Below are positions 9,831 to 20,266 of a stretch of DNA of 64,000 bases, one piece after another. A program made the position numbers and the translations under genes. This DNA is from Candidatus Woesearchaeota archaeon (GTDB taxonomy: Archaea; Nanobdellota; Nanobdellia; Woesearchaeales; GW2011-AR15): NCBI GenBank assembly GCA_038874655.1, contig JAVZBY010000001.1:68997-132996 (forward strand). The letters run 5' to 3'. Each line of letters begins with the position of its first letter. Within the stretch, counting starts at the first letter, position 1. The notes beneath the pieces were generated by a model. The model saw only the letters and a program-made list of their open reading frames with translations, was not told the origin of the DNA and searched no databases.

Positions 9831-9968
9831 GTGAAAAACAGATTTTATATAAAAAAAGTATTTTTGCATAAAATTTTATCGATTTATAAAGAAAAAATAG
9901 ATTAAAAAAAGTAAGGAAATTGAAGAAACTAAAAAAAGAGAAAAAATAAATAAAATAATCTTTTTTTA

Positions 9969-10496
9969 TTAACTTAATTCCTTTCTTGTTTTTGCCATAT
10001 ACCCTAAAAAGTCAGAAACTCCTTTAAAAATAGCACCTAACGGTTCTTCTACTGCTGTTTTTACGAATGTTGTTCCATATGTTGCTAATGTTGTTGCTAA
10101 GCCAGCTTTTCCAATTTCTTGTAGATAAGATTTAAGCATTTCTTTATATTCGGTTATTTGTAAAGGATCTCCTTGTAAAAAAGAATATGTTAAACCTCCA
10201 ATCGTTCCTGCTAACCCTGCTGAAAAAATATTTTCTATAATTGCACTTACTAAATTTTTACCATTAGACATATTTTTCCAATTTTCTTTAATATCTCTAT
10301 AAAGATTAGGTAGGAAATAACTAACACTTGAAACAACACCTACTTCAGCTGGAGAAACAGTATTTCCTGTGATTGCTGAATAAACTAAATAACCTAAAAT
10401 TGCACCAATAGAACCTGTTAAATTTGGTTTAGATTCTGCCATCATATCTTTTTTCATATCTAAAAAATAGTTTTGAACTTTACTAATTAAAGACAT
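9969..10496 (-). CDS. Hypothetical membrane protein with glycine-zipper-like helices
   Basis: AGGTGAG RBS; GxxG-rich hydrophobic segments. Confidence 0.7.
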   Translation of the reverse strand: MSLISKVQNYFLDMKKDMMAESKPNLTGSIGAILGYLVYSAITGNTVSPAEVGVVSSVSYFLPNLYRDIKENWKNMSNGKNLVSAIIENIFSAGLAGTIGGLTYSFLQGDPLQITEYKEMLKSYLQEIGKAGLATTLATYGTTFVKTAVEEPLGAIFKGVSDFLGYMAKTRKELS

Positions 10497-10705
10497 ATTT
10501 TCTCACCTTTTAGTCTATTAGATTTAAAATATTATTGCCTATTAAGCATATTATAATAAGCGATATTTTAATATAATTATAAATCTTTTGTTATTTAACT
10601 ACTAAAAAATAAAAAAATAATTGTTTCACCGATACCTTTATTTATACCCTATTTTTTATTTTATTCATAGGTTTTAATGTTAGATAAATTTTTGTAGGTG
10701 GGATT

Positions 10706-13312
10706 ATGTCTGAAATTAAATTAAAGGTTGCAGAAGCTATACAAGATGATGTTAACAAAGGTATTGTTAGAATAGATTCTAGTTTTATGCATGATTTAGG
10801 AATAAGACCTGGAGATATTGTCGAAATAACAGGTGAAAGAAAAACTGTTGCTATTGCAGATAGAGCTTATCCTGGTGATATTGGATTAAATATTATAAGA
10901 ATGGATGGTCTAATTAGAAGAAATGCTAAAGCTACAATTGGTGAAATGGTAAGTGTGAAAAAAGCCAATGTTGTCGAAGCTAAAAAGGTAATTATAGCGC
11001 CACAAAAAAAAGGAATTGTAGTAAGAGCAAGTCCTTTAATATTTAAACAAGGGTTATTAGGAAGAGCTGTTTTAAAAGGAGATATTGTTTCTTTAGGTGG
11101 CACAAGAAGAAGAAGAACAACAATGTCTTCTAATCCGTTATTTGGAGATGATTTTTTTAATATGCTAGATGAAAGTTTAATGGGTTTTGGTTTAGGTGAT
11201 TTAAAGTTTGTTGTTGTAGATACTTTGCCTAAACAAGCTGTTTTGATAACTGAAAATACAGAAGTACAATTTAATCCTGAAGCAGTTGAAGTTTCTGAAG
11301 AAAGAATGTTAGAAGTTACTTATGAAGATATTGGCGGCTTAGATGAAGAAGTTAAAAAAATAAGAGAAATGGTAGAATTGCCATTAAAGCATCCAGAGTT
11401 GTTTGAAGCTTTAGGAATTGAGCCGCCAAAAGGTGTTTTATTACATGGGCCACCAGGAACAGGAAAAACATTATTGGCTAAAGCTGTTGCTAATGAAACA
11501 GCAGCTAATTTTTTCTTGATAAATGGGCCAGAAATAATGAGCAAATACTATGGTGAGTCAGAGCAAAACTTAAGAAAAAAGTTTGAGGAAGCAGAAAAAA
11601 ACGCACCTTCAATAATTTTTATTGATGAAATTGATGCTATTGCTTCAAAAAGAGAAGAATCAAAAGGCGAAGTTGAAAGAAGAGTTGTTGCTCAATTATT
11701 AGCTTTAATGGATGGGTTAAAATCTAGAGGAAAGGTTGTAGTTATTGGTGCTACAAATATTCCAAATGAATTAGACCCTGCTTTGAGAAGACCTGGAAGA
11801 TTTGATAGAGAATTAGAAATTGGTGTTCCGGATAAACAAGGTAGATTAAATATATTAAAGATACATACTAGAAATATGCCTTTAATATCTGAAGAAATTT
11901 ATGAAGATCTATTGCAAAAAAAATTATTACAAGCTATTGGAAAAAAGTATGATGAACTTCATAATGAAGTTAAACACAAAGAAAATAAAGATAAAAAAGA
12001 ATTAGAAGAAAAATTACAAAAATTAAAGCAAATTAAAGATTTGGGTGAGATTACAAGTATAATAAAAAAGAGTTTTGAAAATAAAGATTTATTTACTGGA
12101 GATTATAAAAAATTAATTTTAGAAAACGCAGGTAAAGAAAAGAAGAATATTGAATTATTATTAGATTTGGATATTATTAATGAACAATTGAAAAATGAAG
12201 TTATAAAAGAAGGTGTACAAAGAGATTTAGAAGATATTGCTGAAATAACTCATGGTTTTGTTGGTGCAGATTTAGCCGCTTTAGCAAAAGAAGCTGCTAT
12301 GAATTTATTGCGAAGTATTTACCCTGATTTAAAATTAGAAGAAGATCAACCTATACCTAAAGAAGTCTTGGAAAAATTAAAAGTTTCTAAAAAATATTTC
12401 ATTGAAGCATTAAAAGTTGTTAGACCTAGTGCACTAAGAGAAGTATTGATTGAAGTTCCAAATGTAAAATGGGAAAATGTTGGTGGCCTAGAAGATGTTA
12501 AACAAAAGTTAAAAGAAGCTGTGGAATGGCCTTTAAACAATGCTAGTGTTTTTGCTAGAATGGGAATAAGACCTCCTAAAGGAATTTTATTGTATGGGCC
12601 ACCGGGAACAGGAAAAACATTATTGGCTAAAGCTGTTGCTAATGAAAGTAAAGCTAATTTTATTTTAGTAAAAGGGCCTGAGTTAATGAATAAATGGGTA
12701 GGTGAATCTGAAAAAGCTGTAAGAAAAGTTTTTGAAAAAGCTAGACAGGCAAGTCCTGCTATAATATTCTTTGATGAGATTGATGCATTAGCTCCTAGAA
12801 GAGGATTTGATGCTTCAGAAGGCCATGTTTCAGATAAAGTTGTTAACCAATTACTAACTGAATTAGATGGGATGGTAGAATTACATAATATAGTTGTTAT
12901 TGGTGCTACAAATAGACCAGACATTTTGGATACTGCTTTATTAAGGCCTGGTAGGTTTGATAGAATTTTATTAGTGCCTCCACCAGATGAAAAAGGTAGA
13001 TTAGAGATTTTAAAAATACATACAAAGGGAATGCCTTTAGCTAAAGATGTGAATTTAGAAGAATTAGCTAAAAAATTAGAGGGTTATGTTGGAGCTGATA
13101 TAGAAGCAATATGTAGAGAGGCTGCAATGATAGCTTTAAGAGAGAATATAAAAGCAGATAAAATTTATTTGAAACATTTTGAAGAAGCAATTAAAGAAGT
13201 TTCACCATCAGTTTCAAAAGAAGTTGAAGAAGCATATAGAGAATTACAAAATCAGTTTAGAGCAGCAAGAGGAAAAGAGATGAAAGAAACTAAACCTGCT
13301 TATTACGGTTAA
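10706..13312 (+). CDS. cdc48: CDC48/VCP family AAA ATPase
   Basis: N-domain, two GPPGTGKT Walker A, two DEID Walker B, RPGRFDR fingers, C-terminal HbYX (YYG). Confidence 0.97.
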   Translation: MSEIKLKVAEAIQDDVNKGIVRIDSSFMHDLGIRPGDIVEITGERKTVAIADRAYPGDIGLNIIRMDGLIRRNAKATIGEMVSVKKANVVEAKKVIIAPQKKGIVVRASPLIFKQGLLGRAVLKGDIVSLGGTRRRRTTMSSNPLFGDDFFNMLDESLMGFGLGDLKFVVVDTLPKQAVLITENTEVQFNPEAVEVSEERMLEVTYEDIGGLDEEVKKIREMVELPLKHPELFEALGIEPPKGVLLHGPPGTGKTLLAKAVANETAANFFLINGPEIMSKYYGESEQNLRKKFEEAEKNAPSIIFIDEIDAIASKREESKGEVERRVVAQLLALMDGLKSRGKVVVIGATNIPNELDPALRRPGRFDRELEIGVPDKQGRLNILKIHTRNMPLISEEIYEDLLQKKLLQAIGKKYDELHNEVKHKENKDKKELEEKLQKLKQIKDLGEITSIIKKSFENKDLFTGDYKKLILENAGKEKKNIELLLDLDIINEQLKNEVIKEGVQRDLEDIAEITHGFVGADLAALAKEAAMNLLRSIYPDLKLEEDQPIPKEVLEKLKVSKKYFIEALKVVRPSALREVLIEVPNVKWENVGGLEDVKQKLKEAVEWPLNNASVFARMGIRPPKGILLYGPPGTGKTLLAKAVANESKANFILVKGPELMNKWVGESEKAVRKVFEKARQASPAIIFFDEIDALAPRRGFDASEGHVSDKVVNQLLTELDGMVELHNIVVIGATNRPDILDTALLRPGRFDRILLVPPPDEKGRLEILKIHTKGMPLAKDVNLEELAKKLEGYVGADIEAICREAAMIALRENIKADKIYLKHFEEAIKEVSPSVSKEVEEAYRELQNQFRAARGKEMKETKPAYYG

Positions 13313-13402
13313 TAAAATAAAGATTAATAAAAATTCTTTTTTTAATATTTTTTGGCGTTTTATTAACAATCTTTAAAAGTATTTGTTTTTTTCATTTAAA
13401 AT

Positions 13403-13963
13403 ATGTTTAGTTATGAAATAAAAATACCTAAAGAAAGAATTGCTGTATTAATAGGAAAAAAAGGAGAAATAAAAAAACAGATAGAGGAAAATACAAACAC
13501 TAAATTAGAAATTGATAGTAAAGAAGGAGATGTTATTGTTTCTGGGGAAGATGCTATTTTACTTTATTCTGCAAGAAATATTATAAGAGCTATTGGGAGA
13601 GGTTTTAACCCTGAATTAGCTATGCTATTGCTAAAACAAGATTATTCTTTTGAAATAATAAATCTGCCAGATTTTGAAAATCCTAATCAACTAAAAAGAA
13701 TTAGAGGTAGAGTTATTGGTAAAGAAGGCAGAACAAGAGAAATTATAGAAGAGATGACTGAATGTTATGTTTCTGTTTATGGAAAAACCATTGGGATAAT
13801 TGGTACTATAGAATCTGTTATTAATGCAAAAAGGGCTATTGAAATGTTAATTAAAGGAAGTCCTCATGCTAATGTTTATAAATGGCTTGAAAAAAGAAGA
13901 CGAGAACAAAAAAAAAGAGAATTGGAAGAATTCTATATAAAAAGAGATAATATTGATATATAA
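13403..13963 (+). CDS. KH-domain RNA-processing protein (Dim2/Pno1-like)
   Basis: LIGKKG and IRGRVIGKEG KH motifs, AIGRGF.PE.A, GSPH..VY..L. Confidence 0.92.
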   Translation: MFSYEIKIPKERIAVLIGKKGEIKKQIEENTNTKLEIDSKEGDVIVSGEDAILLYSARNIIRAIGRGFNPELAMLLLKQDYSFEIINLPDFENPNQLKRIRGRVIGKEGRTREIIEEMTECYVSVYGKTIGIIGTIESVINAKRAIEMLIKGSPHANVYKWLEKRRREQKKRELEEFYIKRDNIDI

Positions 13964-14052
13964 GTAAATTCTATATTTTATTAAAATTATATATAAATAA
14001 AGTAAATTTTTTTATTATTTTTTGATAAATATTAAAAAATAAGGTATGTAAA

Positions 14053-14997
14053 ATGGAACAAGTCAAAGATTTTTTATGGAAAAAAAATATGTCTGTTAAA
14101 GAATTAGTTGAAAATTTAGGAAAGGTTGGTTTTCAAAGCGTTGAAATTAAAAAAGCTGTTGATGTTATTATTAAAATGAAAAAAGACGGTGCAAAAATTT
14201 TTTTTACTTATACAAGTAATATGGTTACTAGTGGTTTAAGAGGATTTTTTGCTCAATTAGTTGAATTAGGTATGGTTGATATTATTGTTACTACTGTTGG
14301 TGGCATTGAAGAAGATATTATGAAAGCAAAAGGTGAAAAGTTTGTAATTGGAAAATTTAAACCTGATGATGTTGAGCTTTATGAAAAAGGAGTAAATAGA
14401 GTAGGTAATTTATTTATAAGAAATGAAAGTTATTTGAATTTTGAAGATTATATAACTCAAGTGTTAAATAAATTGTATGAAAAAAAACCTAGATGGGCTG
14501 TTTCTGAATTATTAAGAGAAATTGGTTTAATGTTAGATGATAAAAATTCTATTTTATATCAAGCTGCAAGAAAAAATGTTCCTATATTTTGTCCTGGAAT
14601 TACTGATGGTGCTTTTGGTTTTCATTTATTTATGCTTCAACAAAAAAAACCTGATTTTGTAGTTGATGTTGTAAAGGATTTTGCAAATATTTTATTTTCT
14701 ACTACTTACGATGATAAAAAGGGATTAATTTCTATTGGTGGCAGCATCTCAAAACATCATGCAATATTAGCTGCTTTACTAAATGGTGGCTTAGATTATG
14801 CTGTTTATTTGACAACTGCACATCCTACTGATGGTAGTATGTCTGGAGCATCTACAGATGAAGCAAAAAGTTGGGGTAAAGTTAAAGATGATAGTGATGT
14901 AGCAACCATAATAGGTGATGCTAGTTTTACTTTTCCATTAGTAATGATTGGAGTTTTGGAAAAATTATCTGATGAAGGATTAATTAAATTGGATTAA
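14053..14997 (+). CDS. dys: Deoxyhypusine synthase
   Basis: TSNMVTSGLRG, GGIEED, NRVGN, DGSMSGA..DEAKSWGK (active-site Lys). Confidence 0.93.
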   Translation: MEQVKDFLWKKNMSVKELVENLGKVGFQSVEIKKAVDVIIKMKKDGAKIFFTYTSNMVTSGLRGFFAQLVELGMVDIIVTTVGGIEEDIMKAKGEKFVIGKFKPDDVELYEKGVNRVGNLFIRNESYLNFEDYITQVLNKLYEKKPRWAVSELLREIGLMLDDKNSILYQAARKNVPIFCPGITDGAFGFHLFMLQQKKPDFVVDVVKDFANILFSTTYDDKKGLISIGGSISKHHAILAALLNGGLDYAVYLTTAHPTDGSMSGASTDEAKSWGKVKDDSDVATIIGDASFTFPLVMIGVLEKLSDEGLIKLD

Positions 14998-15035
14998 TAC
15001 AAATAATAAAAAAAATATTTTATGCGTGAGATAAA

Positions 15036-16106
15036 ATGTTGAGCAAAGCAAGATTTATTTTAAGTAGAAGTAAAGTTATTGAAAAATATAATGAGATAAA
15101 AGAATTAAGTGATTATATCTCATATAGTTATAAAACAAATATGGATGTTGGATTAGTTTTAGAAAAAGAAACAGATTGCTTTTTCAGTGTTCATACAATA
15201 GAAGATTTTAAAACATTAAAAAACGGAGAAAGAGTATGGTTTTTTAGTCAAGCTTGGAATTTTGAAGAATTAGATATTTTGTTTTCTAAAAAGGTTAATA
15301 AATTTGTAGTTGATAACGAAGTTGATTTGAAAATATTAGTTGATTATATTGAGGATAAAAATAAAAAAATTAAGAATGAAAATGAAAAATTTAAGATATG
15401 GCTTTTATTAAGAATGAAATTAAAAGAAAACACAATACATACAGGAAAACATTTTGTTTATGGAATGATAAGTAGCAAAATAAATTATCTATTGCCTATT
15501 TTAAAAAAAAATCCTTATATTGAAAAATTAGGTATTCATTTTCATAGAAAAACACAAAATGTTAGTGAGTGGGATCTAAAGGAAGAGTTAAATGATAGTA
15601 TTAATAAAGATAATTGGAGAATTATTGATTTTGTGAATATTGGCGGTGGATTACCTGCAGAATATAAAAATTATAATATGTCTATTTTAGAAAATATAAA
15701 AAGAAAAATATTAGAATTAAAAGAGTGGCTTAATAATAAAAATATTAAAATGATAATTGAGCCAGGTAGATTTATTGCTGCTCCTTCTGTAAAATTAGAA
15801 GCTAATATAAAAAGTATATACGATAATAATATTATTGTTGATTGTTCTGTTTATAATTCTGCAATGGATACTTTTGTAGCACATATAAGGTTATTAGTTG
15901 AGAATGAATTAAATGAAAATGATAATGGTGCAATTGCTTATACAATAAAAGGTAATACTCCTGATAGTATGGATATTTTTAGATATAGAGTTTTTTTAAA
16001 AGAACAAAAAGTAGGAAACAAAATTGTTTTTTTAAATGCTGGTGCTTATAATTATTCTAGTGATTTTTGTAATTTGCCAAAATTGGAAACTGTTGTTGTG
16101 GATTAA
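15036..16106 (+). CDS. Fold-type III PLP-dependent decarboxylase (Orn/Lys/Arg/DAP family)
   Basis: SYSYKTN (PLP Lys), HFH, NIGGG, EPGRF, NAGAY. Confidence 0.85.
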   Translation: MLSKARFILSRSKVIEKYNEIKELSDYISYSYKTNMDVGLVLEKETDCFFSVHTIEDFKTLKNGERVWFFSQAWNFEELDILFSKKVNKFVVDNEVDLKILVDYIEDKNKKIKNENEKFKIWLLLRMKLKENTIHTGKHFVYGMISSKINYLLPILKKNPYIEKLGIHFHRKTQNVSEWDLKEELNDSINKDNWRIIDFVNIGGGLPAEYKNYNMSILENIKRKILELKEWLNNKNIKMIIEPGRFIAAPSVKLEANIKSIYDNNIIVDCSVYNSAMDTFVAHIRLLVENELNENDNGAIAYTIKGNTPDSMDIFRYRVFLKEQKVGNKIVFLNAGAYNYSSDFCNLPKLETVVVD

Positions 16107-16139
16107 CTACATAAATAGTTAAAATTTAAAAATAAAAGA

Positions 16140-17027
16140 TCATAAACTAATCAAAAAGATTGCTAAAATTGTTAAGATAATTCCAATTTTTTGATTTAAA
16201 ACTAATTTTTCTCTTAATATAAAATAAGCTAAAAGAACTGTTATTGCGGGATATAATGAGCTTATTGGTGTAATTATAGATAAATTACCTATTGAAATTC
16301 CATAATTAACAGATATCCATGCTAAGTTATAGAGGAAAAAATTTATTAATAAAATTAGCCATATTTTTTTATCTAATTTTTTATGAAAAAGATTTTTCTT
16401 AGTTTTAATATATGAGAATGTAATTAAAAAGATATTCGTAAATAATCCTGTTATAAAAAAAAGTGATATTGCAGAAATTAATTTAGATACACCTATATTA
16501 ATTAAATTTTTTGAAACTAAACCTATAAGAAAAAAATAAAAACCCCATCCTATAAATGCTAATATTGCTTGTTTAACGCCTTTAACTGATTTTATATGTT
16601 TAAGTTTATTTAGATTCGTTGAAACTAACATAATTCCTAAAATACATAAAATTATTGAAATTATTTTTAATAAAGTTAATGTTTCTTTTAGAAAGATTAC
16701 TGCTAAAATTACTGTGATTATAGAATAACTAGAGGATATTGGTGTTACAATGCTTATTTCTCCTTCCTCAAATGATTTCATAAACATATAAACTGCAACT
16801 AAATTAATAAAAGCAGAGAAAAAAAGGATTAATGTATTTTTTATTTCAATATAGATATAACCTTTTGATAAAAAGTAAAGAAAAGCAAAAAAGGTTGGAA
16901 AAAAACCAATTATGTTTCCAAAAAACATTATTTTTAATGAATTTGTTTTTTTTATCGCTATTGCCTGTAAAAAATCTGCAATTCCCCAACACAGCATTGC
17001 TATTAATCCTAAAAAAATTTCAATCAT
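16140..17027 (-). CDS. EamA/DMT family transporter
   Basis: About ten TM helices; duplicated SIVTPISS.Y....V.LA..FL.E motif. Confidence 0.9.
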   Translation of the reverse strand: MIEIFLGLIAMLCWGIADFLQAIAIKKTNSLKIMFFGNIIGFFPTFFAFLYFLSKGYIYIEIKNTLILFFSAFINLVAVYMFMKSFEEGEISIVTPISSSYSIITVILAVIFLKETLTLLKIISIILCILGIMLVSTNLNKLKHIKSVKGVKQAILAFIGWGFYFFLIGLVSKNLINIGVSKLISAISLFFITGLFTNIFLITFSYIKTKKNLFHKKLDKKIWLILLINFFLYNLAWISVNYGISIGNLSIITPISSLYPAITVLLAYFILREKLVLNQKIGIILTILAIFLISL

Positions 17028-17089
17028 AAAAAATGGTTTTTTTATTTGTTTAAATAAATTTTTAAAGTATTATTTTTTTAAATAAAAAA

Positions 17090-17935
17090 ATGATAATTAA
17101 AACTTTTGATGGTATAAATATTTATTATAATAAAATAAATAAAATTAAAGATAAAAAAGAGAAAAAATACGCTGTTTTCATTCATGGTGGTTTTCAAGGA
17201 AACAATACCTTAATAAAAAAATTATATTCTTATTTTTATGATGAATATGTTATTATTGCCCCTGATTTAAGAGGGAGAGGCGATTCTGACTTTCCAAAAG
17301 ATATTAAAAATCACAAGTTAGAAGATTATGCTAAAGATATATTAGAAATATTAGAAAAAGAAAAAATTAAAGAAATTTATTTAGTTGGAATTAGTTTTGG
17401 TGGCTTAGTTGCTTTGAAATTTACTTATATGTTTTCAAATTTAGTAGATATAAAAAAATTAGTTCTGATATCTTCAAACTATACTTTAAAAAAAATAAGA
17501 AAAAGAACTAGATTATTTGGATTATTTTATATCCCCTTAGGAAATTTGGTATATTACTTATCAAAAAATGGAAAATTAACTAAAAAAAAAGGTATTGATT
17601 ATTCTAGTATTAAAAATCCTTTTTTTAGCATAAAGTATGGGTTAAAAAGCACATTAAATAATTCTCTAAGAGTTCAAGCATTAAGATATCAATTAATGAA
17701 AAGTTCTATGAATTTTTCAATTGATAATGAAGATTTAAAAAAAGTTATTTGCCCTGTGCTATTAATTTATGGAAAAAAAGACTTCTTTTTTAATAAAAAA
17801 ACACAATATGATATATTAAAAAATATTAAGAAATGTGAAATAAAAATTTTTCAAAAAGGTGGGCATAATTTATATATAGATAATGCAAAAGAAGTAAGTA
17901 AAATAATTAAAGCATTTTTTAATAAGAAAGATTAA
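17090..17935 (+). CDS. Alpha/beta hydrolase
   Basis: FIHGG, PDLRGRG.S, GISFGG nucleophile elbow, G.KD, GGH. Confidence 0.9.
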   Translation: MIIKTFDGINIYYNKINKIKDKKEKKYAVFIHGGFQGNNTLIKKLYSYFYDEYVIIAPDLRGRGDSDFPKDIKNHKLEDYAKDILEILEKEKIKEIYLVGISFGGLVALKFTYMFSNLVDIKKLVLISSNYTLKKIRKRTRLFGLFYIPLGNLVYYLSKNGKLTKKKGIDYSSIKNPFFSIKYGLKSTLNNSLRVQALRYQLMKSSMNFSIDNEDLKKVICPVLLIYGKKDFFFNKKTQYDILKNIKKCEIKIFQKGGHNLYIDNAKEVSKIIKAFFNKKD

Positions 17936-17949
17936 TGAAGATTAAAAAA

Positions 17950-19299
17950 TTAGATTTTTGTTATGCTTATACCTTCTAAATTATTATCAAAATTCCATTT
18001 AACATAATCTATGATTTGATTCATTTTTATTAAGTAAATAGCCCCTTTTTTATTTTGTAGAGGATATTTTGGAATTATGTTTAAAGATTGATTTGTTTTA
18101 ATATTTCCATTTAATTGCTGTATGTTCTTTCCATTGCTTATCTTGTAATAAGCCAAATCAATATTTTTATCAGTTGGATTATAAATCTCTATTTTTTCAT
18201 TATTCTTGTCATTACCTATTGGATTAGGCAAAATTGATTTTATTATTAAATCATCTGATTTTATGAAAGTTTTGTCATTAATATTATTTATTTGTTCATC
18301 TAATGGAATTTGATTATAAACTTTAAAAAAGTTTTTCAAATATTTTTGAGCAATGTCTCTATCTTCAATAATTATTAAATTTTCATCATTATAGAAGTTT
18401 GCATTTTTTGTAGGATTATATGAGCCTGTTAATATTGTTTTGTTGTCTATAATAAAAACTTTATTATGCATTTTATATTCATTTTTATCTAGAATTGAAA
18501 AGTTTTTTAGAATATAATATGTTGAATAATTTGAAATTTGACTGCTATCATAAACTCCTATTATTGTTAAGTTTTTTTTGATTTTATTGTTTAAAAGAGT
18601 GTATGCAATTTCATAATCAGTGAAACTAAATGTCATAAAATAGATATTGTGTTTTGCATTTTCTATTTTTTTAAAAACTTGATATTGACAATTATCTTCT
18701 GGACAAAAATAAACCTCAATCTTTGTTTTATTAAAATATATTATGTTGTTTCCAGATTTTTTCCCCTTACCATAAATATTGTTTTTTAACTCGTAAAATT
18801 CATCTAAAAATAATTCTGCTAATTTTTTTGATTCAATAATTAAAATATTGTTATCATTTAAGTAATTATCATTAAATGTTGGATTCATGCTGCCTGTAAA
18901 AACTATTTTTTTATCAAATATACAAAATTTATTATGCATTAATGCCTTAGAAAATCCTGATAAAAAGGAATAATTTCTATTTGATGAATTTGAAAAAGTA
19001 TCTATATAGAGATTTTTATTTTTTTTATAGGTTGAATCTTCAATTATTATTTCTGAATTTTTTGTTTTTAAAAGTTCTATAATATCATTTAAATTTAATT
19101 CATAAAAAGCACATTTTATCTCACTAGAATTTTTTATATATGATATTAAGATATATTTACAATAATCTTCTGGACAAAAATATGTGAAAATTTTTAGTTC
19201 CTCTTCTATAGTGTTTTCATATTTTTTATCATTCTCATAAAGGGAGATTGCTATTAGAAATATTGAAAATAGAAAAATAAAGATAATATATTTTTTCAT
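17950..19299 (-). CDS. Exported phospholipase D-family nuclease with C-terminal lamin-tail-like domain
   Basis: N-terminal signal/TM; two HKD motifs (HNKFCIFD, HNKVFIID) each with TGS.N; ILPNP.G.D..NE.IEIYN. Confidence 0.85.
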   Translation of the reverse strand: MKKYIIFIFLFSIFLIAISLYENDKKYENTIEEELKIFTYFCPEDYCKYILISYIKNSSEIKCAFYELNLNDIIELLKTKNSEIIIEDSTYKKNKNLYIDTFSNSSNRNYSFLSGFSKALMHNKFCIFDKKIVFTGSMNPTFNDNYLNDNNILIIESKKLAELFLDEFYELKNNIYGKGKKSGNNIIYFNKTKIEVYFCPEDNCQYQVFKKIENAKHNIYFMTFSFTDYEIAYTLLNNKIKKNLTIIGVYDSSQISNYSTYYILKNFSILDKNEYKMHNKVFIIDNKTILTGSYNPTKNANFYNDENLIIIEDRDIAQKYLKNFFKVYNQIPLDEQINNINDKTFIKSDDLIIKSILPNPIGNDKNNEKIEIYNPTDKNIDLAYYKISNGKNIQQLNGNIKTNQSLNIIPKYPLQNKKGAIYLIKMNQIIDYVKWNFDNNLEGISITKI

Positions 19300-19379
19300 T
19301 ATTAATATTTTAGTAATAAAATCTATTTTTAAACTTTATGTATATAAGGGTATAAAAAAATTTTATAAAAATATAAAAA

Positions 19380-20096
19380 TTATTTTGGGAGTTGTTTTTT
19401 TAATTCGTGAATTGATTTCAGAATTGCAAAATTTATTTCAGGATATTCCTTAGATAAATTATCTAAAATTAATTTTCTGTTATTGTTTTTCATATTGATT
19501 GGAAGAGTTATTTTTTTAATTTTAAAGTAAATTTTTATTTCTTCTTCTGAAATATGAATTAAAGGCTTAAAAAAATAATATTTATGCTTAAAGTGTAAAA
19601 TTTTTGTTTTTTTGAAATTTTTATTATAAAAAACTGATTCAAGAAATAGGTTTGCTTCTTGTTCTAAATTCCATGGTAAAATTATTAATTGATCTGATTT
19701 TTTATTTTCAGTTTTATTTTTTTTTATTTTATGCTTATTTTTTTCTTTAGCATCAATAAAGTTTATTGCTTCTTTTACTAAATAATTTAAGTAATTAGTT
19801 AAAGTGTTTTTTTCTTTATTTTTGTGAGTTTTATTATTTAAGTTTATTATTTTTATTTTATGCTCTTTTTTATTAATATCTTTAAAGAAAGAAATAAAAA
19901 ATTTTATATTAAAAATTGAATTATATGTTTTATCATCGATCAGATAAAAATCTGCGTCCTTATAAAATTTATAAATATTTGAATCTCTAATCTCTTTTCT
20001 TATTCTTTTATCTATGATTTTTATAAAGCATTTATCACATGCTTGATATGTTTTCAAAAAGATTGTCGCTTTATTATTGCATTTAATGCATCTCAT
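19380..20096 (-). CDS. Degenerate TtuA/Ncs6-like protein lacking the PP-loop
   Basis: N-terminal CxxC...CxxC, NLEQEA, KPL.....EEI..Y, L...YP...F; no SGGKDS. Confidence 0.55.
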   Translation of the reverse strand: MRCIKCNNKATIFLKTYQACDKCFIKIIDKRIRKEIRDSNIYKFYKDADFYLIDDKTYNSIFNIKFFISFFKDINKKEHKIKIINLNNKTHKNKEKNTLTNYLNYLVKEAINFIDAKEKNKHKIKKNKTENKKSDQLIILPWNLEQEANLFLESVFYNKNFKKTKILHFKHKYYFFKPLIHISEEEIKIYFKIKKITLPINMKNNNRKLILDNLSKEYPEINFAILKSIHELKKQLPK

Positions 20097-20266
20097 TAAA
20101 AATAAAGAATTTAAAAATAGTTATAAATGTTTTTTAATAAAAAGTTTTATGATAAATACTTTATTTTTTCAAAAAATTTTATTTTTTATTATTTATCTTT
20201 AATTGTTACCACTTTAAAATTACTTCAAAATCGAAAAATTTAAATATTAGAAACTACTCTTTAGTA

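Noticed and set aside
11884-12212. Possible intein in CDC48
   Set aside because: No Cys/Ser start, no His-Asn end, no LAGLIDADG motifs
12346-12924. 192-aa antisense ORF and the many other 60-110 aa ORFs overlapping real genes
   Set aside because: Shadow ORFs opposite or within well-supported genes; no RBS or recognisable motifs
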